The position numbers were made by a program, and so were the translations under genes. From positions 72,788,001 to 72,852,000 of the forward strand of contig NC_092347.1 in NCBI RefSeq assembly GCF_963676685.1: 64,000 nt of DNA, read 5' to 3'. Position 1 is the stretch's first letter. Each line of letters opens with the position of its first letter. This document shows, in pieces, positions 1 through 14,165 of the stretch. The notes beneath the pieces are model-generated. The model made no database searches. It was not told the DNA's origin and saw only the letters and a list, made by a program, of their open reading frames with translations. The DNA is from Mytilus edulis. Its lineage: Eukaryota.

Positions 1-581
1 ATAATGCCATGGATAGTTGGACCAAACAGGGATTTCATTAAATCTATTTCAAATCTTATTTTGTCACCACGGCGAATAATATCTCCTTTATATTTAGAAG
101 ATGCTAATGCAGAATCAAAACTCTCGGATAAATGTTTTTGACAAAGTGAATCGAACGATGCAAAAGGGAATGTGACATTGACATTTCCTGTAGTTGTGGT
201 ATCAATTGTTCTTTTGACATTTTCAAACGCCCCGAAAATATTTGAGTAGGCACCTGGTTCATTTTGTTTCAATTTATTCATAAGTGGAGCCCCAACTATC
301 TTTACAATTAGTTAAAAAAGGCATTATCAACTGACGTACCACCACAGTCATTTTCATCTGCTCGGCAAATTTCTTTCAATATTGACCATCTGGTAGTTTT
401 TCATGCAACGTTATGTCTGCTGTTCCACCTTTGAATTAGAAAAAAAATATGTGCGGAATTATAACAATAAAGATAATATTTTGTTTTGAGATTCAAAGCT
501 ACTACTTTTACAAGTATTTAATTCACTTGTGACAGATTTAAAAAGCTGTCGATAATATACATTTTCCAACATTTATTTAAG

Positions 582-731
582 AATTGAATGCTTCTTTTTG
601 TAACTTCATTGGGGTGTAAAAGCATTGGCCGAAGTACATATTATATGAATCGCGGAAGCGCTTCATTCTAAAAATGTGCACACGGTCAACGCTTTTATAA
701 CCCTATGAAGTTACAAAAAGAATCATTCAAT
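582..731. repeat. Imperfect 150-bp palindrome, probably the terminal hairpin of a non-autonomous DNA element
   Basis: ATTGAATGCTTCTTTTTGTAACTTCAT... pairs with ...ATGAAGTTACAAAAAGAATCATTCAAT around a central GCGGAAGCGC loop. Confidence 0.75.
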
Positions 732-2442
732 ATTTATAATTACTTTTTTTAGCTAGGATAACGAACACACGAATTTTGTCAATTTTTTATTTAGTTCACC
801 TGTGCACCTATTTTCGGACCTCGTGTTATCATGAACGTTTTGTTGTGAAATGCAATTGCTTAAAGAATAACACGTGATACGTGAATAACGTATTATAACG
901 AAACATACATCTAATGTAATTATTTCTTCATACAAAGCCAGTTTATAATTTCTTTTACTGAATTGTTCAATCTCGCAAAATCCGTACCTTATTTTGTGGT
1001 TAAATAATTTCGAAAATACATGTAAAAAAAACATTTCATACAAAAGACAAAATCTACTGATGAAAGAAGTCAACATATTATTTTTTGCACATATGCACGG
1101 CGAATAAGGTCGTCTTTCGAGAGAATGTGATATGGTCCTGGTGATCCTTGTCGGAATGATAAGAAGTAATTGAAATGCAATGTTTTTAGTTTTGTTTATT
1201 ATGGATTCAAAGGCAAACAAATTAAAATATTGACAAATAGAAAATAGGTTATATATTAAATTAATTTAGAGATTATATATGATAAGGTCTAATAAGTTAT
1301 CTGTTTTATCTAAATGCATATTTTGTTTTACCTCCAAGATCAACAATCATATCTGGTACCAGGTTTGACATGTGAAAACCTGCCTCTGTTCCATGTAGTT
1401 TTTCTGTTGGGAGATATTAGCAGTATATAGAAGCAGACTCGGGCTCCAATGCAATAAAAAGGTTTTTATCAGGAATTCCAGCCTTCAATTTAAAATAGAA
1501 TATTACATTTTTTAGTTTTGTTTTCGTGTTGCTTGCATAGCAGAAAGATTATTTGTTCATAAGGGTCAACACAAGGTGTTTTTTTTATTCCGTAAAATCA
1601 AAACTATCTTATCTTTATTATCATAATACATCGAAAAAAAATCATAAAATAATTTCTAAACTTTCCGTCCATTATGATCCCAATGAAATAACTGTTTAAT
1701 GTTTACACTCTAGAACAAGTGTTTTCCAAATGGAGAGTCACCAAAAACTTCTGATCAACAACCTTAATTCATGACATATGAAATATATTTCTAAATACTT
1801 TGAGATATGAAACTACTGATTTACAAAAAACCTTCGTTTCAGGAATTTGGACTTTCTTGACTTTAGTTAAAAATTTGTTTATCATAACCACAGAAAAAAA
1901 ATGTTCGCTTTGTTAACTTTTCCCTCCCTCATCTCAATACTGATGACATTTGTTCTTGCATCACTTCATATCAGCAGAAAGTTGTAATCTTAGGTCCTGT
2001 TTTTTTCTGGATTAGACTAAATAACGACATGGTGTAGAACGAGTGTCGTATTACATATATATATAATGTAGAATACGGTTACGATATGAACACAGTACGA
2101 TATTGTGATTACATGGTCAAATAAATCATAGCAATCAGAAATAAATTGTTTCCTTGGACTATGACACTAGTAAATGATGATTCGTTTTAATTTTAAATGG
2201 GAAGATATTGATATAACCTATTATTGAATAAAAAGTATGTTCATAATTAACAATGTCTTTTAGTTTTTCCTTATAAGTATATCATTTTATTCTGGTATCA
2301 CCTATATAGCTAAGTTGGACAAAGGTATGCAGAAAAACACATTAGTTTACATTACATTACATATAAGTACAATTGTTGAGGAAGCATTAAATATGAGGTT
2401 TTTTTTTACAACGGTATGATCAGTATAGCCGACAGGTTAACA

Positions 2443-3603
2443 TCAGAGAGAGTCCAGTTTGTCATTTATAATTCTAATAAATAGGCACTGTTTTCGGAGT
2501 TTAGATTTCTGTTTTTGGTTCATAATAGCATTAAATTTTATAACATTACAGTTCATTAGGTATTTCTTGTCAATAAGTAGTGTTCTATCTGCCAGGAGAC
2601 TGCTGCATTCCATTACATAGTGGTATTCATCACCTATAGCAACTCTGCACAATGGACACTTTCTCTGTTCTCGGGGAATGTTTTGCCATCTGCCATTTTC
2701 AATCGGCAGTTTATGGTTCATGGTCCTAAACCGCGACATTGTTATTACATCTTTGTTATTAAGTACGTTAAGGTAGTGTTCGAAATTGTGTGAGGTCTTG
2801 TATAGGCGATAATTCAGTGCTTTCGGCGAATCGTTTACCTTTCCTGTCCATGACTGTGTAAACTGATCTTCTAGTCTTTGTTTAATTGTCGATTTAATGT
2901 TAGGTGATGTGTTTTGGAATGACCATACGTAAGAGAATCCACAATTGTCTAGAATACTTTTCATCTTGTCTAATGATCGCAATCGAAATGTTGTTTCTTG
3001 TGATAACTTTAAAAGGTATCTAAACATGACAGCAGCGAGCTTACTTTCTTTACCGGTAATCAACTTTGTCCAATAAGATACCATTCTAGTTTTTATATCT
3101 ATTTCTAGGGGATACCGACCCAATTCTCCGTAAATGAAGTCGTTTTGAGTAGATGGCTTAAGATGTAAAAGTAGCTTAAAAAATTTAGTTTGAACTCTTT
3201 CTAGTATATCTATGTTTTCGTAACCCCATATTTCGCATCCATATAGCAGAATAGGTTTTACCAGTATGTCAAATAAATAAATCTACGTGGCATTTAATTG
3301 ATAAATTGTGAATTCTTCCCTTCCTTAAATCTTCGTACATTGCACTTATTGCTTTGTCCTTTAGATTTTGTTTGCATTGTTTAAAGCTGCCTGTTTTGCT
3401 GAAAATAATTCCTAAGTAGTTAAAGTGTTTTACAGTTTCAATATGATGATTGTTGAATCGGAAAAGTGGAGGGTTTGTCGTTCTTCCTTTTAAGATTAAG
3501 ATCTTAGTTTTAGCAACATTTACTCGCATCTTCCAGGTTTCGCAATACTTTTTAAATTTGTTAAGTGCATGTTGCAGTTGGTCAGGGGATTCTGCCAGGA
3601 TTA
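2443..3603 (-). mobile_element. 5'-truncated non-LTR retrotransposon (RTEX-like LINE), ORF2 C-terminal part
   Basis: ORFs 3269-3640 and 2443-3123 join through one frameshift (TTTA duplication near 3275). Motifs: VILAES..LQ..L...C..WKMRVNVAKTK, YLGIIF, KPILLYGCEIWG, YGELGRYP, and a C-terminal CPLC...DEYHYVMEC knuckle. Confidence 0.88.
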
Positions 3604-3871
3604 CAAATAAAGAGATGTGGTATGATTGACAATGAGACAACTATTCATTAAACTTCAAAAGTGGATGTAATCAATTATGTAGGTGAAGTTTAATTTTTCT
3701 ATAAACTATAGAAAGGAGGCGTCATTTTTTAAATTTCTTTCAAAAGCTTATTACTGATGATCCATGCAAGCTAATTTAGTAAATAGGTGACAACCATACG
3801 CTACAGAATGAACAAATAGCAAACATCAACTACATTAACCAAAGGAAAAATAATTAAAAAAAACGTTATCA

Positions 3872-4488
3872 AAGGTACCAGGATTATAAATTAATACGTC
3901 AGACGCGTGTTTCGTCTACATAAGTCTCATCAGTGACGCTCAGACCAAAACAGTTATAAAGCCAAACAAGTACAAAGTTGAAGAGTATTCAGGACACAAA
4001 TTCCAAAATAGGTGTGCCAAATACGGATAAGGTAATCTATTCTTGGGATAAGAAAATCCTTAGTTTTTCGAAAAATTCAAAGTTTTGTAAACAGATAATT
4101 CATATAAATGACCATATAATGATATTCATGTCAATACCAAGTGCTGACTACTGGGCTGGTGATACCTTCGGGGACGAAACGTCCACCAGTAGTGGCGTTG
4201 ACCCAGTGGTGTAAAACATTAACAAATGTACCAGGATTATAATTTAATAGGCCAGGCACTCGTTTCTAGTACATAAGACTCATCAGTGACGATCAGACAA
4301 AAACAGTTATAAAGCCAAACAAGTACAAAGTTAAAGAACATTGAGGACCCAAATTCAAAACAGTTGTGCCAAATACGGCTAAAGTAATCTATCCCTTGGA
4401 TAAGAAAATACTCAAGTATTTCGGAAAATTCTTTTTTTTATAAACAGATATTTATAAAAATGACCATATAATTGATATTCATGTCAAA
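3872..4488 (+). repeat. Two tandem copies of an ~350-bp dispersed repeat; further copies at ~5140-5468 and ~49262-49575
   Basis: The core GCCAGACGCGCGTTTCGTCTAC..AAGACTCATCAGTGACGCTC...GTACAAAGTTGAAGA recurs at all four places. Confidence 0.85.
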
Positions 4489-7400
4489 ACAGTAAGTCAG
4501 CTTTAAATCATCTGATATTTTAAATGAGAAGAAAATGTTTTAATTTTTTTTATTCCTAAATTATGATAAACAAATATTCCTTGATATCCATCAGGAATGA
4601 GAAAACTTCCAATTCATGAAAAAAACGTATAATTAGGGCTACTAAACTAAACTGTAATTCAGCCCTTCATAGTTTTTAGTTTATTTGGTCATTATTTTTT
4701 TTTGGTCTCATGTTTATAAAACTCATTTCTTTTTTTCTTTGTTTTAAATATATTTTGTATTTGAAACATTGTACTTTCAGCACCTACTGTTAGAATGACT
4801 ACTCATTTTTCTTGTTTTGGTTACAAAAATCTTTACTGGTCAAATATTTGATCTTACATTTTCGTTAGCACAACATATCTATGAAGGCTATTACTCGTAC
4901 CTAATTAGCAGCCTTTCTCATAAACTGTTTTGCCGAATTTGTCCATATTGCTGGTAATGTCAATACCCATCTCACATCATCCCTTAACATTCCCGTTCCC
5001 CTTTTTTTCTAATAATTCTAGTAAATGATCAACTGATGCTTTGATTGATAAGGCAAACACATTTATTGCTGATACGGATTCCCCTGTCACGTTCTCAAGG
5101 ATCAGTTCGGAAGACAAATGCTACAAAATAAACACTTCATAGATACCAGAATTAAATTTTATATTAGCGCCAGACGAACGTTTTGTCTATAAAAGACTCA
5201 TCAGTGACGCTCGAATCAAAAAAAGTTAAAAAGGTGAAACAGAGTACGAAGTTGAAGAGCATTGAGGACCAACTTCCATAAAGTTTTGCCAAATATGTCA
5301 AAAGTAATCTATTCCTGAGGTAGAACAGCCTTAGTATTTCAAAAACACTTAATTTATAAATATGACCATTGCAAGAATAATTTATGTCAGCACTCGGCTG
5401 GTGATACCCTTGGGGAATTAAAACTCTACCAGCGATGGCATCGTTCTCGTGGTTGTAAATAAACTCATAAGCATGTTCTATAATTACTGCAATCATTAAA
5501 TCATCGATTATAGCATGTATAGGATCATGATTTATCTTCAGACTTACAATCATCATAACCATATCATTACTAATTTGTTCCAACCATAGTCACATAGTTT
5601 GCACTGAGCACTTAAATGTAATTTAATTAACATTTTATACAACACAAATTTAAATTTGCGATTTGGTTGCCAATATATTGACCCATAAATATGTAATTTT
5701 GTTAACGATAATTTACCAAAATGTCTTTTTAAATGAAATAAAACATTTGTTTTTATTGCTGATATATTGAAATTGTAACTTAAGCGGACACAAATGGAAA
5801 ACAATTTTTAGTGATATGATATTATATGTTTTTGGTATAGCTTTAAAGTGGTCGTTTATATGAATGCAAAATCAATATAAATACTTTGTTCTTACGCAGC
5901 TGCATTTTAAATCTGTTAAAAATGTATTAGTCACTTTATTCCGCATTCAAAATAAGATCTGAATATGTATTTTCAGCATCATAACTGAAAGACTTAAACT
6001 CTACATTTTTGTCAAGAAGTAGACACGTTGGTGTTTTCAGAGACAAGTGCTGAGAGCATCCAGAATTCCCTGATTGGTTTGATTGATTTTTTAATGGCTC
6101 CGTTTAAAAACCTCCTTGCAGGGCATATGCATATCCTGAATACGTTGTCCCAAAATCTAATGCTGCAACTAATAGGCACTTGTCACTTGTGGCACCCATA
6201 TTCGGCTTTCTGTAATAACAAATATGTAGGCAGAACTATTACACCATTTATGACATAATATCCCTTTATATATCTTCTCATGTTAAAATAAGAACATAGT
6301 CATTATTGTTGTTTAACATTATAATGCCCAAATGAGGCCATCAACACTTCGAAAAAAGCTCAAATCAAACTTAAAATTACAGATGGTTCCTAGCATTGGT
6401 TTGAAAATTATTAAATGTTGCTTGTTCGTCAATCCCCCTCCCCAAACACAGACATACACACAAAACCAAACCTAAAGAAAATATTTAAATCTTATGTCAC
6501 AGTCTTTTTTCCTTCTATTCGATTGAACCACATTCAATAGTTTACCCCTCCCCCTTTTTCCCCACGAAATCTACCCAAGTGGGCCTCTTGTTTAAGTCAA
6601 CAAAATTGAAAAACTACCCAAAACTTTTTCATGTTGAAGAATTTGCTGTAATACAACTATCTAAACACAAGAAATACCATACCTTTCTTTTTTTTCTATA
6701 CTGGTTTTTATACATGCCTACTTTATCATTGTTCTCAAACTGTCCTCGACACACCAATGCATATGTTTGAAATAAAACTGAAGAAAAAACAAAATGAATA
6801 CTCAATTTGGTGTTTTTGGTAAGAATATTGATTACTTGTCACACCTAATCACAAAAATCCTTGTCATGATGGATAGTTTTAAAAAATTTCTACTTTTTAA
6901 ACCAATTTTAACCCAAATATGGAAATTTCAATTAACCATGTAGTGTTGCAGATATGAAAAGTAGTTTAGACTCATGCAAAATGAACATTTTCTGAAAATC
7001 TTTTCACCAAAAGTTCATTTTATACATATTCTACCTAATTGTCCACAATTGAGCCATAAAAATAATAACCCTAAACAAAGCAATTACTTTTGTATGTAGC
7101 TGTCTCTTCAAATATTCACTAATTTTTAAGAAAAAATTGCAACTAGAATTTTCATCACAAGAAGAAGATCTTATTGAGGAAATATCTTTCTATGTTTTTT
7201 TTTAATTTAAAATTATGTATGAAATACCATCTGAATTTCAATTTGCCTCAAACTGTTATGCTTTATATCTATTAATACTTTTGAATGGTGTTTAGTATGA
7301 AAAAGCATAATAATTACATAATTTCAGTTTTTCAGTGTAATTTGATACCCCATGATTTTTTTCTCTTAAAAAGTACTTAAATCATGATGTTTTATCATAA

Positions 7401-7909
7401 TGGACACACAAAAGTCCACATGAGCTATTAAAGACATTTGACAAAATTACCCTATGTCGGTTGCAGTCTTGTAATTTACTGCTCCATAGGCTTACATGCA
7501 CAACAGCTGATCTTTGAAAATAAAAAAAATGAAAAATTCTACATAGAAAAAAAAATTCATGTATGTACTTATGTGAAATTGTGATATAATCGGGATAAAA
7601 GTGGGTCAAGCCACGAAGAATAAAAAGTTACACAATCAGGAAGTCAAAACCTTTTTTTTTACTTTCTGTTTGCTGTTTTCACTAGGCCGCACCACTTCCA
7701 GTAAACATGATATCCTTCCACTTTTCTGGATTGATATCCCCAAAAAGATGCTAGATTTTTTAAAAGTCTGTATATTTGTTTCAATCAGCATAAACTTATA
7801 ATCGAACAGAATAAATTGAGTTCAGAAAAAAATGCACTATTTTTTCCCCCAATGTTTTGACATGCACCGGAAACCTGCACCGGAAACTGGAGCTGTGATA
7901 CAAGGACCG

Positions 7910-10900
7910 GTACCTGATACGAGACGTCAGTATTTCTATTAATAGAAACATATATAAATATGATTAAGCGCTGGGCTAAGTACTTCCCGCTTCGATACTT
8001 GATTAAACGGATAGTTAAATTTTCATTCATAAAGTTAAGGTTAGTCTTTCATTTTATCACATTTTACGTGTATATAACATGTGCACATTTATTGTTGCTA
8101 ACACATATACATGACGAAGCATCCATGATCACTTTTTCTATGTTGAGCGAGTGGTTAACATTGTTTACAAACATAGTCCCAAGTGGACAGTGTGATACCT
8201 ACCATTGTTTTCATACCATTTCAAAATTTATAATTTCGTCAAGTTTTATGCTTCAAATTGGAAGTCGGGAGATACCACGACACTGTGGAGAGTTGCCTCA
8301 TTGATAATCACATTTTTACATAGATCAGACTCAATCAAGTAGATAGACAATTTTTAGTATTATTTTGCTTCTTTCCTCGTGACTGTAATCCAATTGTGTA
8401 TACACAGCGGTACGTTTCATTTAATTTATATTCTACCTGTTAACTTATGTTGTCGTACCCGGTCAAACTGTTACATGAGGCATCTGTACATTTTTTCTTT
8501 CTATTTTACATGATAAGCCTTACCTGTCAAAGTATATGTTTGAATGGTCATTTGTTGGTTAGTTATTTTCATAACACAACAGATCTGTAAGAAGACTTTT
8601 AAATTTTCTAAATCAAGACTTTTTTTCAACATTTATTCATATGCAGTCAAAGAAACAACTTTCGAGTTCGTTTCATTTAGATCATCATGATATTATGATT
8701 AATATTAGGGACCATATTATTCGTGCGTTTCGAAGCATCCATTAACACTTCTTTCTATGTTGATCGAGTGGTTAACATTGTCTACAGACATAGTCTCAAG
8801 TGGACAGTGTGTCACCTTCAATTGATTTCATACCATTTCAAAATTTATAATTTCGTCAAGTTTTATGCTTCAAATTGGAAGTCGGCGGATAAAACGACAC
8901 TGTAAATGAATGTACAAAAAATTGGGTCAATAATTTTGAAGTAAAGTAGCGATTTGATCTAGCTGAAAAAAGGTGAAAAATAGTATTTCGGAAGCTGTCA
9001 ATAGAATTCAAGACCTTCTTAATAAACAATTGTTCATATTTTGAATTAGAACTGACGAAGTTGTCTATACTTGTGACATAATTTGTCCAAAAAGTAGTAC
9101 ACCACACGGTAAACATATTATTGTGAAAACGCAGGTGGGATTTGTTAAATTTCCATGTATTGTTTAAAGAAACTAGACTGTACCCTCTGGCCCGTTTATT
9201 TACTACATCATATTGCTATACCCATCATTTATATAACATTCAAATGCACAGTAATTCAGTAAGTGTCAATGCCGAAATTGGGTCATGTGAATATTAGCGG
9301 CCATGCTGCGAGAACTCTCTGTTCTTTTGAATCCCTACGGACGTTTTTATTGAATTGTAGGAAAGGATACGAGACACTAACACAGTGACGTCAGTATTGC
9401 TATAAATAGAACCATATATGAATATCACTGAGTAATTGGCAAAATACTTTACGCTGTGATACTTGATTAAACGGATAGTTAAATTTTCATTTATAAAGTT
9501 AAGGTCAGTTTTCATTTTATCGCATTTAACGTGTATATTACACCTGTATAACATGTGCAAATTAATTGTTGCTAACACATTTACATGACTTATTAACTTT
9601 TATTATCTTTGTTTATTACCGCTGTTTTTATCAATAATTAAGTTCATATTCATTATTGAGACAAAACACTAAATTTGAAAGCCATACGGTAACACATAGT
9701 TGTGAATTTCTTTGCTATTTGGTCTTTTGTGGAGAGTTGCCTCATTGATAATCACATTTTTACATAGATCAGACTCAATCAAGTAGATAAGACAATTTTT
9801 CGTTTTATTTTGCTTCTTCCATCGTGACTGTAACCGAATTGTGTATACACAGCGGTATGATTCATTTAATTTCAATTCTACCTGTTAACTTTTGTTGTCA
9901 TACCCGCTCAAACTGTAACATGAGGCAACTGTACATTTTTCTTTCCATTTTACATAATAAGCCTTACCTGTCAAAGTATATGTTTGAATGGTCATTGGTT
10001 TGTCAGTTATTTTCATCACACAAAAAATCTGTAAGAAGACTTTAACCTATAATGGTTTAATTTTTAAATTGATACTTGGATGGAGAGTTGTCTCATTGGC
10101 ACTCACACCACATCTTCCTATATCTATTTAAAACTTTAACAGTCAAGATTTTTGTCAACATTTATTTATATGTAGTCAAAAAACAACTTTCGAGTTCGTT
10201 TCATTTCGACCATCAAAAAATGATGATTAATATTATGGACCATATTATTCGTGCGTTTCGAAGCATCCATTATCACTTTTTTCTATGTTGAGCGAGTGGT
10301 TAACATTGTCTACAAACATAGTCTCAAGTGGACAGTGTGTCACGTTCAATTGTTTTCACCATTTCAAAATTTATAATTTCGTCAAGTTTTATGCTTCAAA
10401 TTGGAAGTGGACGAATAAAACGACACTGTAAATGCATGTACAAAAAATTGGGTCCATAATTTTGAAGTAAAGCAGTGATTTGATCCAGCTGAAAAAAGGT
10501 GAAAAATAGTATTTCGGAAGCTGTCAATAGAAATCAAGACCTTCTTAATAAACAATTGTTCATATTTAGAATTAGAACTGACGAAGTTGTCTATAATTTT
10601 GACATAATTTGTTTCAAAAGTAGTACACCACACGGTAAACATAATATTGTGAAAACGCAGGTGGGATTTTTTGAATTTTCATGTATTGTTTAAAGAAACT
10701 GCACTACGTAAAGACTGTGCCCTCGCCATGGGGCAAGTTTATTTACTATATCATTTTGATATACTCATCATTTATATAACATTCAAATGCACAGTAATTC
10801 AGTATATGTCAATGCCGAAATTGGGTCATGTGAATATTAGCGGCCATGCTGCGAGAACTTTCTATTCTTTCGAATCCTTACGGACGTTTTTATTAAATTG

Positions 10901-11100
10901 AAAGAAAGGATACGAGACACTAACAGAGTGACGTCAGTGTTGCTATAAAAAGAACCATATATGAATATCATTGAGTAATCAGGAAAGTACTTCACGCTAT
11001 GATACTTGATGTAACGGATAGTTAAATTTTCATTTATAAAGAAAAGGTTAGTCCTTCATTTTATCACATTTTACGTGTATATAACATGTGCAAATTAATT
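7910..11100. repeat. Local tandem segmental duplication with an ~1.45-1.55-kb unit (copies ~8286-9590 and ~9731-11100, plus a partial copy at ~7910-8270)
   Basis: Blocks such as GGAGAGTTGCCTCATTGATAATCACATTTTTACATAGATCAGACTCAATC occur at ~8287 and ~9731. ORFs 8856-9116 and 10382-10642 are near-identical. Each unit contains an inverted relic of the MITE found at 23589-24044. Confidence 0.88.
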
Positions 11101-11274
11101 ACCATTTTGGAGTAATTCCCTATGAGCGTAGTCCAGGCGATAAGACATTGACATATTAAGGAATTAGAAAGAGAAAATGAACTTAATTAATAACATTTGA
11201 TAATAATGGTAAATAAATAACCAATTTGAAGACTTATAAAAGTTTAAATTCATAAAAGTTTGACCATTGTTACT

Positions 11275-11370
11275 TTACGTTGTCATTGTCGTGACGTGAC
11301 GTTGTTGATGAAATACAATAAGGAGGCGGGGCTTATAGGTTAGTTGGGGTCATTGACGTATAAAGCTAAT
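11275..11370. promoter_or_regulatory. Candidate promoter module (GC box, CRE-like sites, TATA-like) between the divergent HSPA12 pseudogene and ParA-like gene
   Basis: TGACGTGACGT, GGAGGCGGGGC and TTGACGTATAAAG cluster within ~90 bp of otherwise AT-rich DNA. A possible + strand donor CAA|GTAAGC lies at 11560. Function is inferred only. Confidence 0.3.
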
Positions 11371-14131
11371 GTTAATACGTATAGCTTTATCTGTATAGTA
11401 AAATAGCTGATTGCGGTATAAAAATTTACATCAAAATTTAAATTGTTTATTACGTGCATTAATGTAAGAAAGAAATGTGGAATTTAACTAAAAAGTATGT
11501 TTTATTGATAGATCCATGTAAAATTGTTGACTTGTAGAAATACTCCAACTAGTGAACAAGTAAGCAAATGTTACACAAGATAAAGGAGTTAAAGGTTCAG
11601 TTGATTAAACAGTATAAACATTTGCCATTTACCTCACTACAGTTTTTGGTTACGGTATCGGTTTCGGTTTTTGGTATCGGATTCAGTTTTGTTATCGGAT
11701 TATGGTGAACATGTCTAGTGACGGATACACGTCATTATTTTCCCTCTGTGAGCCGCTTACATTTTTAAGTGTTCTATACGTCTAAGGACTACGTCATAAA
11801 GTATCGTTGTTTTATGATGACGATGTTGAGGTTTCATTTGGGGTAAAAACATTGTACTTAATCCGGTAGTTTTCTCAACGCATGCTGACATCTCTGTATT
11901 GTTATCCAATCACAAAACCCGACACATTTGTAATCCGTAACAAGTCAAGAAGGGTACAACATCGACATAAAATAACTATAAAATGAAAAATTATTAGATA
12001 TTTCGGATAACAGATATCCTTCTTCCATAATAGCACGATGTCAAATGCATCATGTCAATATATTCAAAATGAGACGATATCAAAATCTTGATAAACTTAT
12101 ACAATTTAAGCGAACATTATAGACGTTGGTACAATTTTAAAAGTTCCAAACACGGCGCAAAGACTACAAAGATATGCTAAAATAAAAATAGTTATTTGCG
12201 ATGTGAACTGACACAACTCTAAATTTTCAAAGGTGGTGGTAGTTGAAATGTTACACCTACAGCATGGATAGCAGTCCTCATATAAAAAAACAAAAATGTC
12301 TTAACCGATCCAAGTTGATATACTATTTCAAATTTGATAACGGTAGGGCATTTGCAAAAGAAACTACATATTTAAGGTAGTACACTACAAAGATTTTTTT
12401 ATTTCCAATCACTAACCTTAAAAATGTTGTAGCTTTCTTATTAATGTATAAAAAATAATAAAGAAGTATATATATAGATAGATAAAAAATAATCTTTAAA
12501 ATGAATGCAATATTTTTATTATGCAATCATTATTTAATCAATTATTATGTAATTAGTTGCAAACTTTCGGTCACTTCACTTGAATGAATTTATCTCAATC
12601 ATCTCTTTAACTATAACGAAATTTTAATCAACACATCATGGGCTTCAAATGGATGTCTCAAATTGTCACCATGGTATTCCATTCTCTCATAAATCCCGTA
12701 TTAGTGTGAACATTCTAGCCACATAAAAGAAGATAATGTTTAATTAGGTGTAAAGTTTATTCTATACATTCTATCTAAAATTTGAGACACTCTTTTGTAG
12801 ATAATAGCCATATGAACAACATATAATAAAATCAACTCTCTAGGAATACCTATGCAGAAACTAATTTCCATGGAAAATATTTTAAACACAGTTAACATTA
12901 TAATTGGTTACATAATTGTTGCATAATACTAACATTACATTAATTTGAAAGAGTAATCTGTTAGATATCCATAACTACCACTTTTATAATTTTTCAAGCA
13001 TTATTAAGAAAGTTACAGCAGTTTAAAACTTGGGAGATTGAGTTATAAAATCTTTGTATTGTGCTACCTTAAGCCTCCCAAACGAATAGCAGCTTAATAA
13101 TGATTAGTAACAATAAGTAAAGTTTTATTTATTAAGGTAAAATAATTGGACGTGGCTTCGTACCTGTACATCCGTTCCAAATGAATGGAGCCCTGTAATT
13201 TAAACTGATATGCTTTTTTAAAAAAATCTGCAAACTGTTAAACCAGTGAGGCAGCCGGAGTTACTGGAAAGAAATGATGGTATGAATTAATTTTTTTTTT
13301 TTAAAAAGTGATGACAGGAAAATGAGCGACTTGCCCACATATAAACTAACGCAAAAATGTTGATGAAACTCCACATAGGTTTCTCAAGCTTTGATGTTTT
13401 ACATTATAATATCCCTCAATGTTGACGACATCAACACCAACTATGGGATGGAAAACTGCTTTGTGTCAATTCCATATCTTTCGACCCATGCGATATAAAA
13501 ATAAACGAGCATTTAAAAGACGAAAACAAGTATCGATATTTTTTCTGTTACGATAACAAATTGTACACTGCATTTTTAATAATACACGATATGGCTTTAG
13601 CATGCCTTTGCAAACAGAATCTTACACATTATGTACAATAGTCATTTTGAAACTTCACAAGTTGTATGTAATGCTGCCGAAATTATACATTGCTTATTGT
13701 ATTAAAAGATGGCTGAGCACAAGTCTTGATAAATAACAAAGATAGTTCAACTTCTGTTACTTAAGAAGACATCAGGAAGAATAAAAACACATTAAATTGC
13801 AATTCGCTCAAATATGTATGTAAATTTATTTTGTCGTCCATCAAACGTTTTGTGTAGAATTTCACTACTATTTTGACGAAAATGCCTAGTCTGTGTTTGA
13901 TAACTATATAAATAATGTTGAGTTTTTCATTTTCGATTTTGAAAGTATTTAGTCAAATAATTTACAGGACCATCAAAGAAAACTGCAATTTGCCTATTTA
14001 TCAAAAAAATAGGCCATAGTTGACACGTGTACATATACTACAAACCTCATTCAGTAATATACTGTATTCCTATGTTATATTTCATTAATATTCAAACAAA
14101 ATATTTTTTTCTACTTCAGGAAAATTTAAAT

Positions 14132-14165
14132 ATGAACCCGACGAACTTAAAATCTAGCTTTGTTG
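14132..14165 (+). CDS. First coding exon of the ParA-like ATPase gene (MNPTNLKSSFV + G)
   Basis: Acceptor TTTTTTTCTACTTCAG| at 14119, ATG at 14132, donor G|GTAAGT at 14166. The phase-1 junction joins in frame to the 21189 exon and supplies the beta-strand before the Walker A motif. Confidence 0.8.

Larger units (their letters stand above)
1..6199 (-). pseudogene. HSPA12: HSPA12-like (heat shock 70 kDa protein 12) pseudogene; exons about 6199-5885, 5120-4901, 1482-1332 and 428-<1, continuing beyond the left edge
   Basis: Manual minus-strand translation gives HSPA12 hallmarks: MGATSDKCLLVAALDFGTTYSGYAY...SLKTPTCLLLD...FKMQL; RWVLTLPAIWTNSAKQFMRKAA; ALEPESASIYC...MIVDLG; GGTADITLHEK...CGGTSVDNAF. 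Exons have AG/GT boundaries. In-frame stops (e.g. TAA after IYC) and frameshifts occur in every exon. Confidence 0.9.

Noticed and set aside
753-1220. 155-aa minus-strand ORF
   Set aside because: It lies in a repeat within the pseudogene intron, uses a non-ATG start and has no domain signature.
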